Origin: Octopus sinensis
Lineage: Eukaryota
Length of the DNA stretch: 64,000 nucleotides
Reading direction: 5' to 3'
Assembly (NCBI RefSeq): GCF_006345805.1
Contig: NC_043012.1
Coordinates: forward strand, 20,212,001 to 20,276,000
The notes beneath the pieces are model-generated. The model did not search any database. It was not told where the DNA came from and saw only the letters and a program-made list of their open reading frames with translations. The translations under genes and the position numbers were made by a program. How positions within the stretch are numbered: the first letter of the stretch is position 1; every line of letters begins with the position of its first letter. Below are positions 1 through 12,648 of the stretch, piece by piece.

Positions 1-9
1 TATATAATG

Positions 10-49
<40 letters not shown>

Positions 50-75
50 GTATATATATATATATAAATGTATAT

Positions 76-107
<32 letters not shown>

Positions 108-108
108 A

Positions 109-146
<38 letters not shown>

Positions 147-212
147 GTAGATATATATATATATATATATATATAAATGTATATATATATTATATATATA
201 TATATAATATAT

Positions 213-249
<37 letters not shown>

Positions 250-335
250 GTATATATTATATATATATATATATAAATGTATATATATAATATAGATATA
301 TATATATAAATGTATATATATATATATATATATAA

Positions 336-373
<38 letters not shown>

Positions 374-462
374 GTATATATATATATATATATAAATGTA
401 TATATATATATATATTATATATATATATATATAAAGTATATATATATAATATATAATAAATG

Positions 463-496
<34 letters not shown>

Positions 497-550
497 GTAT
501 ATATATATATATATAAATGTATATAGATATATATATTAGAATATATAATA
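1..550. repeat. (TA)n microsatellite with recurrent TAAATG interruptions
   Basis: Direct reading. Confidence 0.95.
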
Positions 551-637
551 TGTAGTGTCCCGGGTTGATTCGGGGTAACCACAGTAAATAAGGTACTCAA
601 TACATAGCAGAGTAAAATTAATTTATTATATAGAAGG

Positions 638-687
638 AGCTTCTACAGGACTAGAACTGTTCATTCAAGAGAAATCTTCAGGAAGCT
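638..687 (-). ncRNA. Type I hammerhead ribozyme, left-arm copy (GAAC instead of GAAAC)
   Basis: Reverse complement of the 2268-2318 motif with one A missing from the GAAA core. Confidence 0.6.
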
Positions 688-988
688 AGTTAACAAGAAT
701 TGTATTGCATTTATACATTTAGGCAGGTTTAAAGGGGGTTGGTGGGGACTTTTGGGGGTAGGCATAGCGCAATAAATCATACTTGGGGGAGTGGTCAAGG
801 AGTCAGTGTTAAATTAGATAGGAGAATAAATAAAAAATAAAAAATAAAAAATAAAAAATAAAAAATAAAAAAATAAAAAATATAAAATATAAAAATCAAA
901 AAATAAAAAATAAAAAATAGAAAATAAAAAATATAAAAAAATAAAAAAAATAAAATAAAAAAAAAAAATAAAAATAAAAAATAAGATA

Positions 989-1026
<38 letters not shown>

Positions 1027-1389
1027 GGGGGAATAGAGTTTTAGGTAAATAAGGAGATTCTCACTTATACCTCTACACATACACACATATATATACAATC
1101 ACACATACATATACATATCTACACATACACATATATATGTATTACATACACACACTCACTTGCATACGTATACACACATGTATATATACACACACGACCA
1201 CACATAATATACACACAGAAAAATATATATATACACATACACACACATCTACTCACATACACGCATACACACACAAATCCATACACACACATGCACACAC
1301 AGCACACTAGTCCCTATATACACATATATACACATACACACATATATATACACCCACACATACACATACATACACATATATATACATAC

Positions 1390-1426
<37 letters not shown>

Positions 1427-1876
1427 TATACATACACACCACATATACATATATATATATATGTATGTGTGTATATATATGTGTATGTATATATATGTGT
1501 ATGTGTATGTGTATGATGTATAATATGTGTATGTATTGTGATGTGTGGGTGTATATATATGTGTGTATGTGTATAATGTGTATATAGGGACTAGTGTGCT
1601 GTGTGTGCATGTGTGGGTATGGATTTGTGTGTGTATGCGTGTATGTGAGTAGATGTGTGGGTATGTGTATATATATATATTTTCTGTGTGTATATGTATG
1701 TGTGGTGTGGTGTGTATATATACATGTGTGTATACGTGTATGCAAGTGAGTGTGTGTATGTATACATATATATGTGTATGTGTAGATATGTATATGTATG
1801 TGTGATTGTATATATATGTGTGTATGTGTAGAGGTAAAGTGAGAATCTCCTTATTTACCTAAAACTCTATTCCCCC

Positions 1877-1928
<52 letters not shown>

Positions 1929-2005
1929 TTTATTTTTATTTTTTTTTTTATTTTTTTTTTTATATTTTTTATTTCTATTTTTTATTTTTTATTTTTTATT
2001 TTTTA

Positions 2006-2063
2006 TGATTGATTGATTGATTCTAGTTTCAGCTCATAGCTGTGGCCATGCTGGGGCACCGCC
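2006..2063 (-). mobile_element. Severely 5'-truncated LINE 3' tail with (ATCA)n, in one palindrome arm only
   Basis: Reverse complement GGCGGTGCCCCAGCATGGCCACAGCTATGAGCTGAAACTAGAATCAATCAATCA matches the LINE end at 4014-4075. Confidence 0.85.
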
Positions 2064-2267
2064 TTATATTTTTTATTTTTATTTTTTTATTTTTTATTTT
2101 TTTTTTTATTTTTATTTTTTATTATTCTCCTATCTAATTTAACACTGACTCCTTGACCACTCCCCCAAGTATGATTTTTTGCGCTATGCCTACCCCAAAA
2201 AGTCCCCCACCAACACCCCTTTTAAACCTGCCTAAATGTATAAATGCCAATACAATTCTTGTTAACT

Positions 2268-2318
2268 AGCTTCCTGAAGATTTCTCTTGAATGAAACAGT
2301 TCTAGTCCTGTAGAAGCT
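2268..2318 (+). ncRNA. Type I hammerhead ribozyme, predicted cleavage after GUA at 2312
   Basis: AGCTTC-CTGAAGA-tTTCtcttGAAt-GAA-ACAG-ttctagtc-CTGT-A-GAAGCT: intact core, 6-bp stem I, weak stem II, 4-bp stem III. Confidence 0.8.
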
Positions 2319-2358
2319 CCTTCTATATAATAAATATATATATTATATATATATATAT

Positions 2359-2391
<33 letters not shown>

Positions 2392-2417
2392 AATGTATAT
2401 TATATATATATATAATG

Positions 2418-2454
<37 letters not shown>

Positions 2455-2535
2455 TATATATATCTCTATAAAATAATATGTTACATTACTCGATAGTCAA
2501 GATAAATCTCTTTCTTTTGTTATCTTACCGTTTAG

Positions 2536-2579
<44 letters not shown>

Positions 2580-2614
2580 TATATTATATACGTATATGAA
2601 TATATAAATGTAGA

Positions 2615-4075
2615 TACTATCTCTCTGACCTCACACATCAGCAAGGTCATGGAACGAAATCAGAAGGAAGCTGATCACCTTCCTTGAAGAGAATGACTTG
2701 CTGCCCGACACCCAACATGGTTTCCGACCAGGGAGAAGCTGTTTAACTCAGCTCCTACAACACTATGACTGGGTGCTGAAACGGCTGTCAACCACTCAAT
2801 GTGGAATGTGATGATATCTCGACTTTGCAAAGCCTTTGATAAAGTTGATCATGGAATGATATGTCACAAACTGCGTGATCTCAACATAGTTGGAAAACTG
2901 GGAGAATGGCATCATGACTTTTGAAGGATAGAAGTCAGGTGGTAGTAGCCAATGGGGCCACCTCCATTAACACACAAATAGTGAGCGGTGTTCCGCAGGG
3001 CACTGTTCTGGACCACTACTGTTCATAATGGCCCTCTCAGACATGCCCTCAGCCACGCAGAGAGCCACGATCACAAGTTATGCAGATGATACAAAAGTTT
3101 CACAGGCAATACAGAACCCTGAGGACACTAAACACCTGCAATGTGAGCTGGACGAAATTACAAGTGGGCTGAAAAGAATAGCATGCAGTTCATGCTGGAA
3201 AGTTTCAGCTTTATACATCAGCATGCAAACTGAATGCAATACCCAATGAAATACACTGACCGGAGGGATTGCAATCCAGAGGCACAATCAGTGCGTGACC
3301 TGGGTATTCACATGAGTGATGACGCGACCTTTCATGTACATGTTGCTAAACTGACAATGAAATGTAGACGGCTGGCTGGATGGATCTTAGAACCTTTAGA
3401 ACAAGAGAACAAGAAACCATGATGGTCCTCTGGAAGACACTTGTCCTAAGCCCACTTTGACTATTGCTCTCAGCTATGTCACCATCCAGTGTCAAGTTGA
3501 TCACAGAACTTGAGGCGATCCAACGAAGCTACACCAAAGAGATAGCCTCTATGCAGAATGTAAGCTACTGGGAAAGACTCAAGAAATTAAATTATATTCC
3601 CTGGAGCGTAGGCGGGAAAGATATGCCAATAATATACATCTGGAAGATCCTGGAGGGAAGTGTCCTGAACTTTGGCATCGAGGAGTTACGCAATGCCAGA
3701 ACTGGGCGCCACTGCGTGGTGCCTAGGACTCCAAACCTGCTATCAAGATGTAGGAAAGATTCTGTGATAGCCTGGGCTTCCGAGGCCCACAGCTCTTCAA
3801 TATCCTCCCGAAGAACCTGAGAGACTGCATGGGGTGGATACAGATGTCTTTAAAATGAAGCTGGATCCTTCTGTCAGGGTCAGATGAACCAATGAACCCC
3901 ACCCTTCAGGGCAGGAGGTCAGATGAGGGCAGCTGCATCGAACTCTCTCATGCCACCAAAGAGCAGTTGCTAGAAAGGCCTCCATGAAGTGAAACCAAGT
4001 AGCAACACCAAATGGCGGTGCCAGCATGGGCCACCTCATAAGCTGAAAACTAGAATCAATCAATCAATCAATCAA
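2615..4075 (+). mobile_element. 5'-truncated, frameshifted CR1/L2-like LINE (RT domain + 3' UTR, (ATCA)n tail)
   Basis: ISLTSHISKVMER, QHGFRPGRSCLTQL, AFDKVDHG, SGVPQG, YADDTK and VRDLGI motifs spread over several frames. Confidence 0.92.
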
Positions 4076-4135
4076 AATACATGTATATATGTGTATATGT
4101 ATATGTAATATTACATCTATCTATCTATCTATATA

Positions 4136-4168
<33 letters not shown>

Positions 4169-4827
4169 ATAATATATATATATATTATATATATAATATA
4201 TATCTATATATATATATATATATATATAGTATATATATATAAATGTAGATATATATATTCGCCTATGTATATATGAATGTGGATATATATTCGTATATGC
4301 ATATATAAATGTAGATATAGATATTCGCTTATGTATAAATGAATATGGTTATATATGCGTATATATAGTTATAAATGTGGATATATAAATATATACATCC
4401 ACATTTATATATACATATACGCATACACAGGCATACATACATTGAGAGACAGACGTACATACAGACAGAGAGATAGGTAGGTAGAGAGGTATATCCCCAC
4501 ATACACATATTTGTATATATACGTGTGTGCCTATGTGCATGTGCGTGTTTGTGAGTGTATATATGTATATATATGTGTGGGTTTGTGCGTATATATATGT
4601 GTATGTGTGTGTGTGTGTGTGAGTATGTCTGTGTGTCTAGTTATTAATGTATATGTATGTGCACAATGCGTGTGAACTAAGCATCTCAGTTTGTGACTGC
4701 ATAGGTGAGTAGACTTGTTGGCAGCTACTTTTGTTATTAATCAATTAATTCCAAAAAAACGCCTTTCTTTATTTCTGATCTAATTAAAAATCTCCATCCC
4801 ACCACACATTTTACGTACGTATATACT

Positions 4828-5122
4828 CTCTTATCTGTTTCAGTCATTTCACTGCGGCCATGCTGGAGCACTACCGACTTTAGTCGACCTCAGGACGTAT
4901 TCTTTGTAAGCCTAGTATTTATTCTATCGTTCTCTTTAGCCGAGCCACTAAGTTACGGTGATATAACACACCAGCATCCGTTACAATGCTTACCAACAAC
5001 ATTGTTCCGGGTTCAGTCCCACTGCGTGGCAGCTTGGGCAAGTGTTTTCTACAATAGCTTCGGGCTGACCAAAGCCGCCTGAGTGGATGTGTTTAAACGG
5101 AAACTGAAAGAAGCCCGTCGTA

Positions 5123-5186
<64 letters not shown>

Positions 5187-5640
5187 GTGGTGTTGGGTGT
5201 GTGTGTGTGTGTGTGTATGTTTGTGTGTCTGTATTGTCCCCCTAGTATTGCTTGACAACCGATGCTGCTGTGATTATGTTCCCTCACTTAGCGGTTCGGC
5301 AAAAGGGACCGTTAGAATAAGTACTGGCTTCGAAAGAGTAGTCCCGGGATTGATTTGCTCGACTAGAGAGCGATGCTCCAGCAGGCCGCAGTCAGATTAC
5401 CGAAACAAGCAAAAGAGAAAAAAGATATAATGTATGTATGCATGTATGTATGTATGTATGAATGTATGTATGTATACGACGGGCTTCTTTCAATTTCCAT
5501 CGACCAACTCCACTCAGAAATCTTTGGTCAGCCCAGGGCTACAGTAGAAGACATTTGCCAAGGTGTCACGTAGTGGAACTTAACCCGGAACCATGTGGGT
5601 GGGTAAGCAAGCTATTTACTATTACAGCCACTCCTGCGCG
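4828..5640. mobile_element. Cluster of family A tRNA-SINE fragments in both orientations
   Basis: Matches to the full copy at 11421-11830 (GGTTCAGTCCCACTGCGTGGC, GGAAACTGAAAGAAGCCCGTCG, GCGGCCATGCTGGAGCAC). Confidence 0.85.
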
Positions 5641-5809
5641 TATGTATTTGTATGAATATACGTGAATAAATGTATGTATACGTGTGTGTTTGTGTTACTC
5701 AGCCTGTATGTATATGTAAGATCATATGATTATGTGTTTGTACGTGTGTATGTGTTGTACCTCGTTATGTATATGTTATGTATGGCTATATGCCTGTGTG
5801 TTTGTTTGG

Positions 5810-5909
5810 NNNNNNNNNNNNNNNNNNNNNNNNNNNNNNNNNNNNNNNNNNNNNNNNNNNNNNNNNNNNNNNNNNNNNNNNNNNNNNNNNNNNNNNNNNN
5901 NNNNNNNNN
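5810..5909. other. Assembly gap (100 N)
   Basis: Run of n. Confidence 1.
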
Positions 5910-6052
5910 TGCGTAACTGGTACTTTATTTATCGACCCCGAAGAATGGAAAGGCAAAGTCGACCTCGGCGGAATTTGAACTCAGAACGTAGCGACAGACG
6001 AAATAGTGGTAAGCATTCGCCCGGCGTTCTAACGTTTCTGCCAGCTCGCCGT
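5910..6052 (-). mobile_element. Family B tRNA-SINE, partial (central segment resembles a Nin/Deu domain)
   Basis: Reverse complement has GAGTTCAAATTCC (B box) then GTCGACTTTGCCTTTC...GGGGTCGATAAATAAAGTACC; domain name recalled, not searched. Confidence 0.8.
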
Positions 6053-6110
6053 ATATATAAAATTTCTGGTTTATGTTGAAACATAAATATGTGTGTGTAT
6101 GTGTTTATAC

Positions 6111-6150
<40 letters not shown>

Positions 6151-6839
6151 GTGTATATATGTATATATATATATATATATAATAATATATAATAGATATA
6201 TATATATATATATATATATATAGATTATGTAATATATATATATAATATATAATATTAATATATATATATAATAATAATAAAAATATTAAAATTACTAAGT
6301 CTCTCTAAAAGAGAACAACGGCAGCGTTTCCGGAAAATAATAGTTATCGCCATACTAATATGGCATTCTTATAAAAATAAGAATAAAGCTGTCCGCTTAT
6401 TAGCTCCATGAGGCCATCGCCTTAAGTTAGCTATTTGATACACAAACTGTATCCATATAACCTTCGAACAAGGGAGGGTAGTCGCTCCACACTACTTGAC
6501 CGGCAGCATATATATATACGTATAAACACATACACACACATATTTATGTTTCAACGTAAACCAGAAATCTAATGATATATAAACAAACAAGTCTTCCTGG
6601 TCGAAAATTAATCTATTTCACCGTTTTTTCAAATTGAGAACAAGACCGGTTGTTTGTTGTTTTTTAAGAAGACTAAGAATGGCACCCGTCCTATGGACGG
6701 TTTAAGTTGCTTTATTGGTACAGTGTTCCTCGTCAATTTAATCACTGTCGAAATGAATGAATAGACAAAATCCTCTCACGTTTATAAATATATAACCCTA
6801 GCTATTTTGCCCCTTGCTTCGTTTTCCCATATTCCTCAC

Positions 6840-7625
6840 AATGGCAGCCAAACGTCAGCCTCGAGCGACTTGCAATGCTGTGTTCGGATCCAATGAGACC
6901 ACTCTCCCCTCTTTTTCTTGGTACATACAGCCTGTCTGTGTCACTTTTTGGGTGGAGTGACCCATATCTAGTTAGCGACTTCTATGTCTTTCTGTCGAAG
7001 CTGTTTAGCTCGTCTACTGTCCATGCGATTAACATGCTCCATATCTAAGGAGTGAAACCGCCCAGGTCTTGATATCTTCGATCTTCTTCCGTCCATTCAA
7101 TTTCGACTTAAAGATCAGTCTGCGCAAGTATTTCAGGTTATTTTTTTTTTCTGTCATTTCTTTCTCCATCAATTTATCCATTTCCAAAATCTGCAGGTGT
7201 TTATAGCCCATCTCTTCTATCTGCATACATTTGATTTTGCCTCTCATCAAGTATAAAACACCACACTTTCTCAGTCCGAACTCCATTCTGATATCAGCAC
7301 TGAATGTATACACCGTATCAACGAGGGAACTGACTTGGGCTTCATCTTTACCATAAAGTTTGAGATCATCTAAGAATAACAAATGTTTGACTTTTTGTTG
7401 GCGGCTTTTGAATCCATATCCAGCTTTTGCTTTCCTCAGAATCAGTGTTGTCAAGCACAGTACAAATATCAGTGAGGACAGGCAGTCCGCTTGGATGATT
7501 TCCCTCCTCATTTCTACTGTCCCTAAACTTCTTACGTATATTGTCAGGTCCGTCCTCCCATTCGACATATTTTTTCCAAGCAATCGCTCAACATTCGATG
7601 CAATACCAAATAGGCTCATACACTC

Positions 7626-7626
<1 letters not shown>
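6840..7626 (-). mobile_element. R4/Dong-like non-LTR reverse transcriptase fragment
   Basis: HLLFLDDLKLYGK, DIRMEFGLRKC, WAVSLLRY; abuts (TAA)n. Confidence 0.88.
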
Positions 7627-7678
<52 letters not shown>

Positions 7679-7697
7679 TATTATTATTATTATTATT

Positions 7698-7820
7698 ATT
7701 CAGGTCACTATCTGGTATCGAACTCGGAATCTTGGGGGTTAGGAGCCTATGAAGTATTGGTTAAGAGCGCGGGCAACTATCCGCATGATTCCGAGTTCGA
7801 TTCGAGGCAGTGACCTGAAT
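7698..7820. mobile_element. Two head-to-head mini tRNA-derived SINEs within (TAA)n
   Basis: TTCAGGTCACT..ATCGAACTCGGAATC is inverted relative to GATTCCGAGTTCGAT..AGTGACCTGAA; B box GAGTTCGATTC; another copy at 51675-51718. Confidence 0.7.
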
Positions 7821-7883
7821 AACAACAACAACAACAATAGTAATAATAATAATGATAACATTAATAATAATAATAATAATAAT

Positions 7884-7954
<71 letters not shown>

Positions 7955-7955
<1 letters not shown>

Positions 7956-8423
7956 GAGAAAGCAACCATACTCTGGGATATGCCGATACACACAGATACA
8001 GAAATTAAGGCCAACAGACCAGATATAGTTGTCAGAGATCATGAAGAAAAAAAATGCTTTCTAATTGATGTATCAATACCGGCAGATGACAACGTGTCTC
8101 TAAAAGAAATGGAGAAACTCTCAAAATACAAGACTGGAAATAGAGGTAACTAGAATGTGGAACCTGAAAACAGAAACAATTCCTATCATAGTAGGTGCAT
8201 TAGGCATGATAAAAAAATTCAGACAAATACATAACAAAAACACCAGGACTTACAAACACATATAACATACAGAAAATTGCACTACTAGGCACTGCACACA
8301 TCCTACGCAGAACACTTTCCATACAATAACCATCAGAGCATCACAACAAATCACAGCACATACCCAAGGCACACAGAGCTGCGCTCGGTAGTGAAGTGAA
8401 AGCACGCTATAAAAATAAAACTA

Positions 8424-8428
<5 letters not shown>
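7955..8428 (+). mobile_element. R4/Dong-like 3' end: restriction-like endonuclease + 3' UTR, inserted in (TAA)n
   Basis: ILWDMPIHTDTEIKANRPDIVVRDHEEKKCFLIDVSIPADDNVSLKEMEKLSKY and IPIIVGALG; (TAA)n on both sides. Confidence 0.92.
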
Positions 8429-8481
<53 letters not shown>

Positions 8482-8620
8482 TCGAAAAATACCTTGGGAA
8501 GGAAAACCCAGGTTCGAAATTTTCACCAAGACACTTGATGAAGGCTGGAGGGTATATCAGCTGAAACTTTCAACAAACAAGATAAGGACAAATATCCGTC
8601 AAATGTAAATAATGTAAATA
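8482..8620 (+). mobile_element. Short (TAA)n-associated repeat with B box and decayed hammerhead
   Basis: GGTTCGAAAT then ACAC-TTGATGA-AGGCTG..CAGCT-GAAAC; homologous to 51396-51527 (-). Confidence 0.6.
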
Positions 8621-10614
8621 ATGTTATTATGTGGTAAATTCCTACTAAAACAAGCATCTTTTGTTCATTATTTGTAAACTGGGAGACAACTTTACTTTAT
8701 TGTTACGTAAAGTGTAATATCAAGATATCGTGCTGGTTCATATTATGCATATTGCTTATTTACTTCAGTGATATGTTGGAATCAAAATTTGTTCACATTT
8801 AAATGTGCATTCTCTTGTTTCCCTAATCGACGTATGTAGTTATAAAATATAAGCACATCAAAAAAACCCAATACAGCAGAAATATCACTGAAAACTTCGC
8901 AGTCGTATTTCTTAACACTGACGGCAAGCCAAGAATGATTTATCTTTCTTAAGAGACGCCATCTTATTCCGTTTGTTGAGTATCTTCGCTGCTCACAGTC
9001 AACAGTGGCTACTGTGGGTGTGTCATTTACAATACAAAACTTTATCATTTTATCGTAGGTTTTGTTTGTGTTTTTGCCGTATTGATAATAAAAAAATTTT
9101 GAAAGACAGATGTATTACAGTTTTTGTGAATCTATACATTTGCGTGGTCTGGTTGTGTATGAACAGTTTAGCAATTGCACGGCGTATACTCAGGTTCAGA
9201 AACTTTTCTACCCAAATGAGCCCTGGTGTTGTTACTGTAAGTGAATTAATGTTGAGTTAAATATGTTTTCTTTATAAAGGTTGGTTGCAGCTACATATTG
9301 TCTAATTGCTTATCACCCACACAATAAACAGTGTTTGCTTTTGATTTCCTGCACGTTGTCCCAAATAGTGATCATTAATCAATGTAAGGAACAGTAGTAA
9401 AATTTGAATAAACACGGAGACTGTTAATGGATGCAATATCAAATATGTTTATTATTATTATTATTTGAAAGTTGGCCTGTGTAACTTTAACTAGTCGATA
9501 AAATCACCCATAAATGTTTAGTAAAGTGTGGGGCCACATTTTTAATTATTTCTTTGTTGCTGTATTATACGACACATGACCATCGTCGAAAAATAATAGT
9601 TATAGACGCATTGGAGGAATTAATGCAGGTGAGAGAGTTATATTAAATTTCTGAACCTAAAGATGAAGCTATAGAGAGGAAATATATAAGGAGATCACAT
9701 TGGTAAGGATGATGGTTTTTAAAGGAGAAAAATTGTAATAGTGTTAACATTTGGATGGTAAGTTCATGGTTTTTAAATGTTTGTTTTGGCCTTAATGTCA
9801 GAAAATAGTGTGATGGAGAACCTAAATGGGTGGGAAAGGCCAAAACACCTTGGTGGTACAGACACTATGCACTGATTTGCATGAATCATACAACCATTCT
9901 AAAACCAACAGTAAAGGACTATCTGAACTCATCTGTTCAAGGTGTTTCCTTGTGGCGATATTGCTTTACAAACCAAAGTATATGACATCTTTACTCTAGA
10001 CTTCCTTTTGACTTCATCATTTACTCATTTCGGACAATTCCTGATGTCCTGCTATACATGTTTTACGTGAATTGGCATTTCTCTTCCATATGTTATATTA
10101 GTAAATAAGCGTTACGAATAAATGGAGAAAAAGATGACGATATGTTTATATTTTTAATTCCGGCACAAATATAGAAATACATATAGATTCCTAGATTCCT
10201 CACAAGAACTACTGAGAGATTCCCAAGGATGACTTACACATGAGGTACACATATACACGCGAATGTATAAGCAGAGAAACAAAATATGTGTGTGTGGTAT
10301 GTGTGTGTGCGTGTGTGTGAGCTGCGCGAACGTAGAGAGGGAGGAGAGGGAGATAAGGGGGAGAGAGAGGAGAGAAAAATTGAATGGAGATGTGAGTGAG
10401 CTTCCTTGCGGCTACAGAGGAAAGAGAAGGAAAAGATAGTGTATGCTAACAATACATATATTCGTGCGGGCGGCAACGGATTAATCTATCTCCAATTCTT
10501 ATTAATTGTATCTTTTTATATCTCATTAATCTCATTATATATGTGTGTATGTATGTATGTATATATGTATGTGTATGTGTATATATATATTTATATATGT
10601 ACGTATGGATGTAT

Positions 10615-10647
<33 letters not shown>

Positions 10648-10803
10648 CACAGAGATAAGATGAAAAGAACACAGATTTGTTTTTCATCTTATCTCTTTTT
10701 TCATTTTATCTCTTTCTCTATTTATATCCACCAGGTCATTTCCGCACTTATACATTTTCTACTTTACAACCCCACCCACACATACACGCACACACACACC
10801 ACA

Positions 10804-10835
<32 letters not shown>

Positions 10836-11420
10836 CAACACTATTATTAATATATATATATATTACTGCTGTGTCTGGAGAGAGTCATTCTATTTTACTG
10901 CCTTATAATTTAATACACTCACCGGTAAAATTTCCATTCATATTTTTTATTTTTCCAAAACTTTCGTTGCGTCTTGCAAAATTATCAATAGTTTTCATTC
11001 TATCTATTACTCACACTGCGTTCCTTTTTGTTTGTTTGTGCTCGTGTGTGCCTACACATGTATGTATGTATGTATGGTATGCATGTGTGCGTATGCATGT
11101 ATGTGTGTGCATATGTATATATGTTTGTATGTATTTATATTTGCATGTATTCTGCATATTCATGTTTGCGTATCCGTGTTTGTGTGTTTTTATATATGCG
11201 GGTGCGTGTGTGTGTGTGTGTGTTTGTGTGTGTCGCAACTATGTATCGTGTTTGAATGTATAGATGTGCATCTCCATATGTGTGGACGTGAGTCACCAAA
11301 TGTATCCCAGTGTGAAATAAAGTGTGCGCGTATATATGGTCATGTGTTTCAGTCTTCATTTGTGTACGTGTGCGTACGAGTGCTTGTCTGATGCAAACCA
11401 CATTCAAAAGCGAGATATAT

Positions 11421-11828
11421 TACTCTTTTACTCTTTTACTTGTTTCAGTCATTTGACTGCGGCCATGCTGGAGCACCGCCTTTAATCGAGCAACTCAAAC
11501 CAGGGACTTATTCTTTTGTAAGCCCAGTACTTATTCTATCGCTCTCTTTGGCAGAACCGCTAAGTAACGGGGACATAAACAAACCAGCATCGGTTGTCAA
11601 GCAATGCTAGGGGGACAAACACAGACACACAAACACACAGACGCATATATATATATATACATATATACGACGGGCTTCTTTCAGTTTCCGTCTACCAAAT
11701 CCACTCACAAAGCTTTGGTCGGCCCGAGGCTACAGTAGAAGTCACTTGCCCAAGGTGCCACGCAGTGGGACTGAACCCGGAACCGTGTGGTTGGTAAACA
11801 AGCTACTTACCACACAGCCACTCCCGCG

Positions 11829-11830
<2 letters not shown>
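11421..11830 (-). mobile_element. Near full-length family A tRNA-SINE (possible Meta-like central domain, LINE-like tail)
   Basis: A box TGGCTGTGTGG, B box GGTTCAGTCCC, central TTTGTGAGTGGATTTGGTAGACGGAAACTG, tail ending (GTAAAAGA)n. Confidence 0.9.
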
Positions 11831-11863
<33 letters not shown>

Positions 11864-11958
11864 TTTTTATAAATATTACCATTGAAGTTTATATTTTCCA
11901 TGCTGACCACTTGATAAAATTGTTATTATATTTTTAAATTAACGATCTTATTCTTATA

Positions 11959-11996
<38 letters not shown>

Positions 11997-12342
11997 GTCA
12001 ATCACGGATACAGCAAAATATTTAACAGGCGTTCTCTGAAGCTATCACATCGCTGCTAGTATCATTACACGTGGTCAATACCAAGAGCTTTAATCCAGTT
12101 GCAACTGTCGTGACACAGGATCTTCTCTAACTGACCAACGATGTATGACTAAATCTATCATATATTGCTGCAACCTTAAATAATAATACAACTGATAAGA
12201 AAACCTATATAAGGTGAATTTAAAAATCGCTATGCAAATCACATAGCTTCCTTCCGACATAGGGACAAAAGTAAAGCTGCTAAGTTGGCGAGTTACGTAT
12301 GGTATTTGAAATAAAATGAAACATCGCATGTAGGTAAAATAC

Positions 12343-12648
12343 TTGTTGTTTGTTCCTTCTCGAGCCATGCCTGGCTCATAAGGGCCGGTTTCCCGGTTTC
12401 TTGGCGTATAGGTTCCCCACCTGGACGGGTCACCGGTCCATCGTAGGTGAGGTGCAAGATGCAGGAGGGAAGAGTGAGAGAAAGTTGTGGCGAAAGAGTC
12501 AGCAGAAGTTTCGCCATTACCTTTTGCCGGAGCCGCGTGGAGCTTAGGTGTTTCACTCATAAACACACAAATCGTCCGGTCTGAGATTCGAACCGGCGAT
12601 CCCTCGACTGCGAGTCCGCTGCTCTAACCACAAGGCCATGTGACTCCA
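12343..12648 (-). mobile_element. Family C tRNA-SINE
   Basis: Reverse complement TGGCCTTGTGGTTAGAGCAGCGGACTCGCAGTC...GGTTCGAATC; homologues at 39625-39784 and 60930-61225. Confidence 0.85.

Larger units (their letters stand above)
553..2335. mobile_element. Non-coding palindromic (foldback) element, probably derived from a Penelope-like 3' end, between (TA)n tracts
   Basis: ~620-1450 is the reverse complement of ~1460-2335 (ATTTATTATATAGAAGGAGCTTCTACAGG ... CCTGTAGAAGCTCCTTCTATATAATAAAT); unpaired extension 553-619; a hammerhead motif in each arm. Confidence 0.8.

Noticed and set aside
12570-12648. tRNA genes (also ~7755-7810, 39725-39784, 61150-61225)
   Set aside because: tRNA-like heads run into shared SINE bodies and lack convincing cloverleaves
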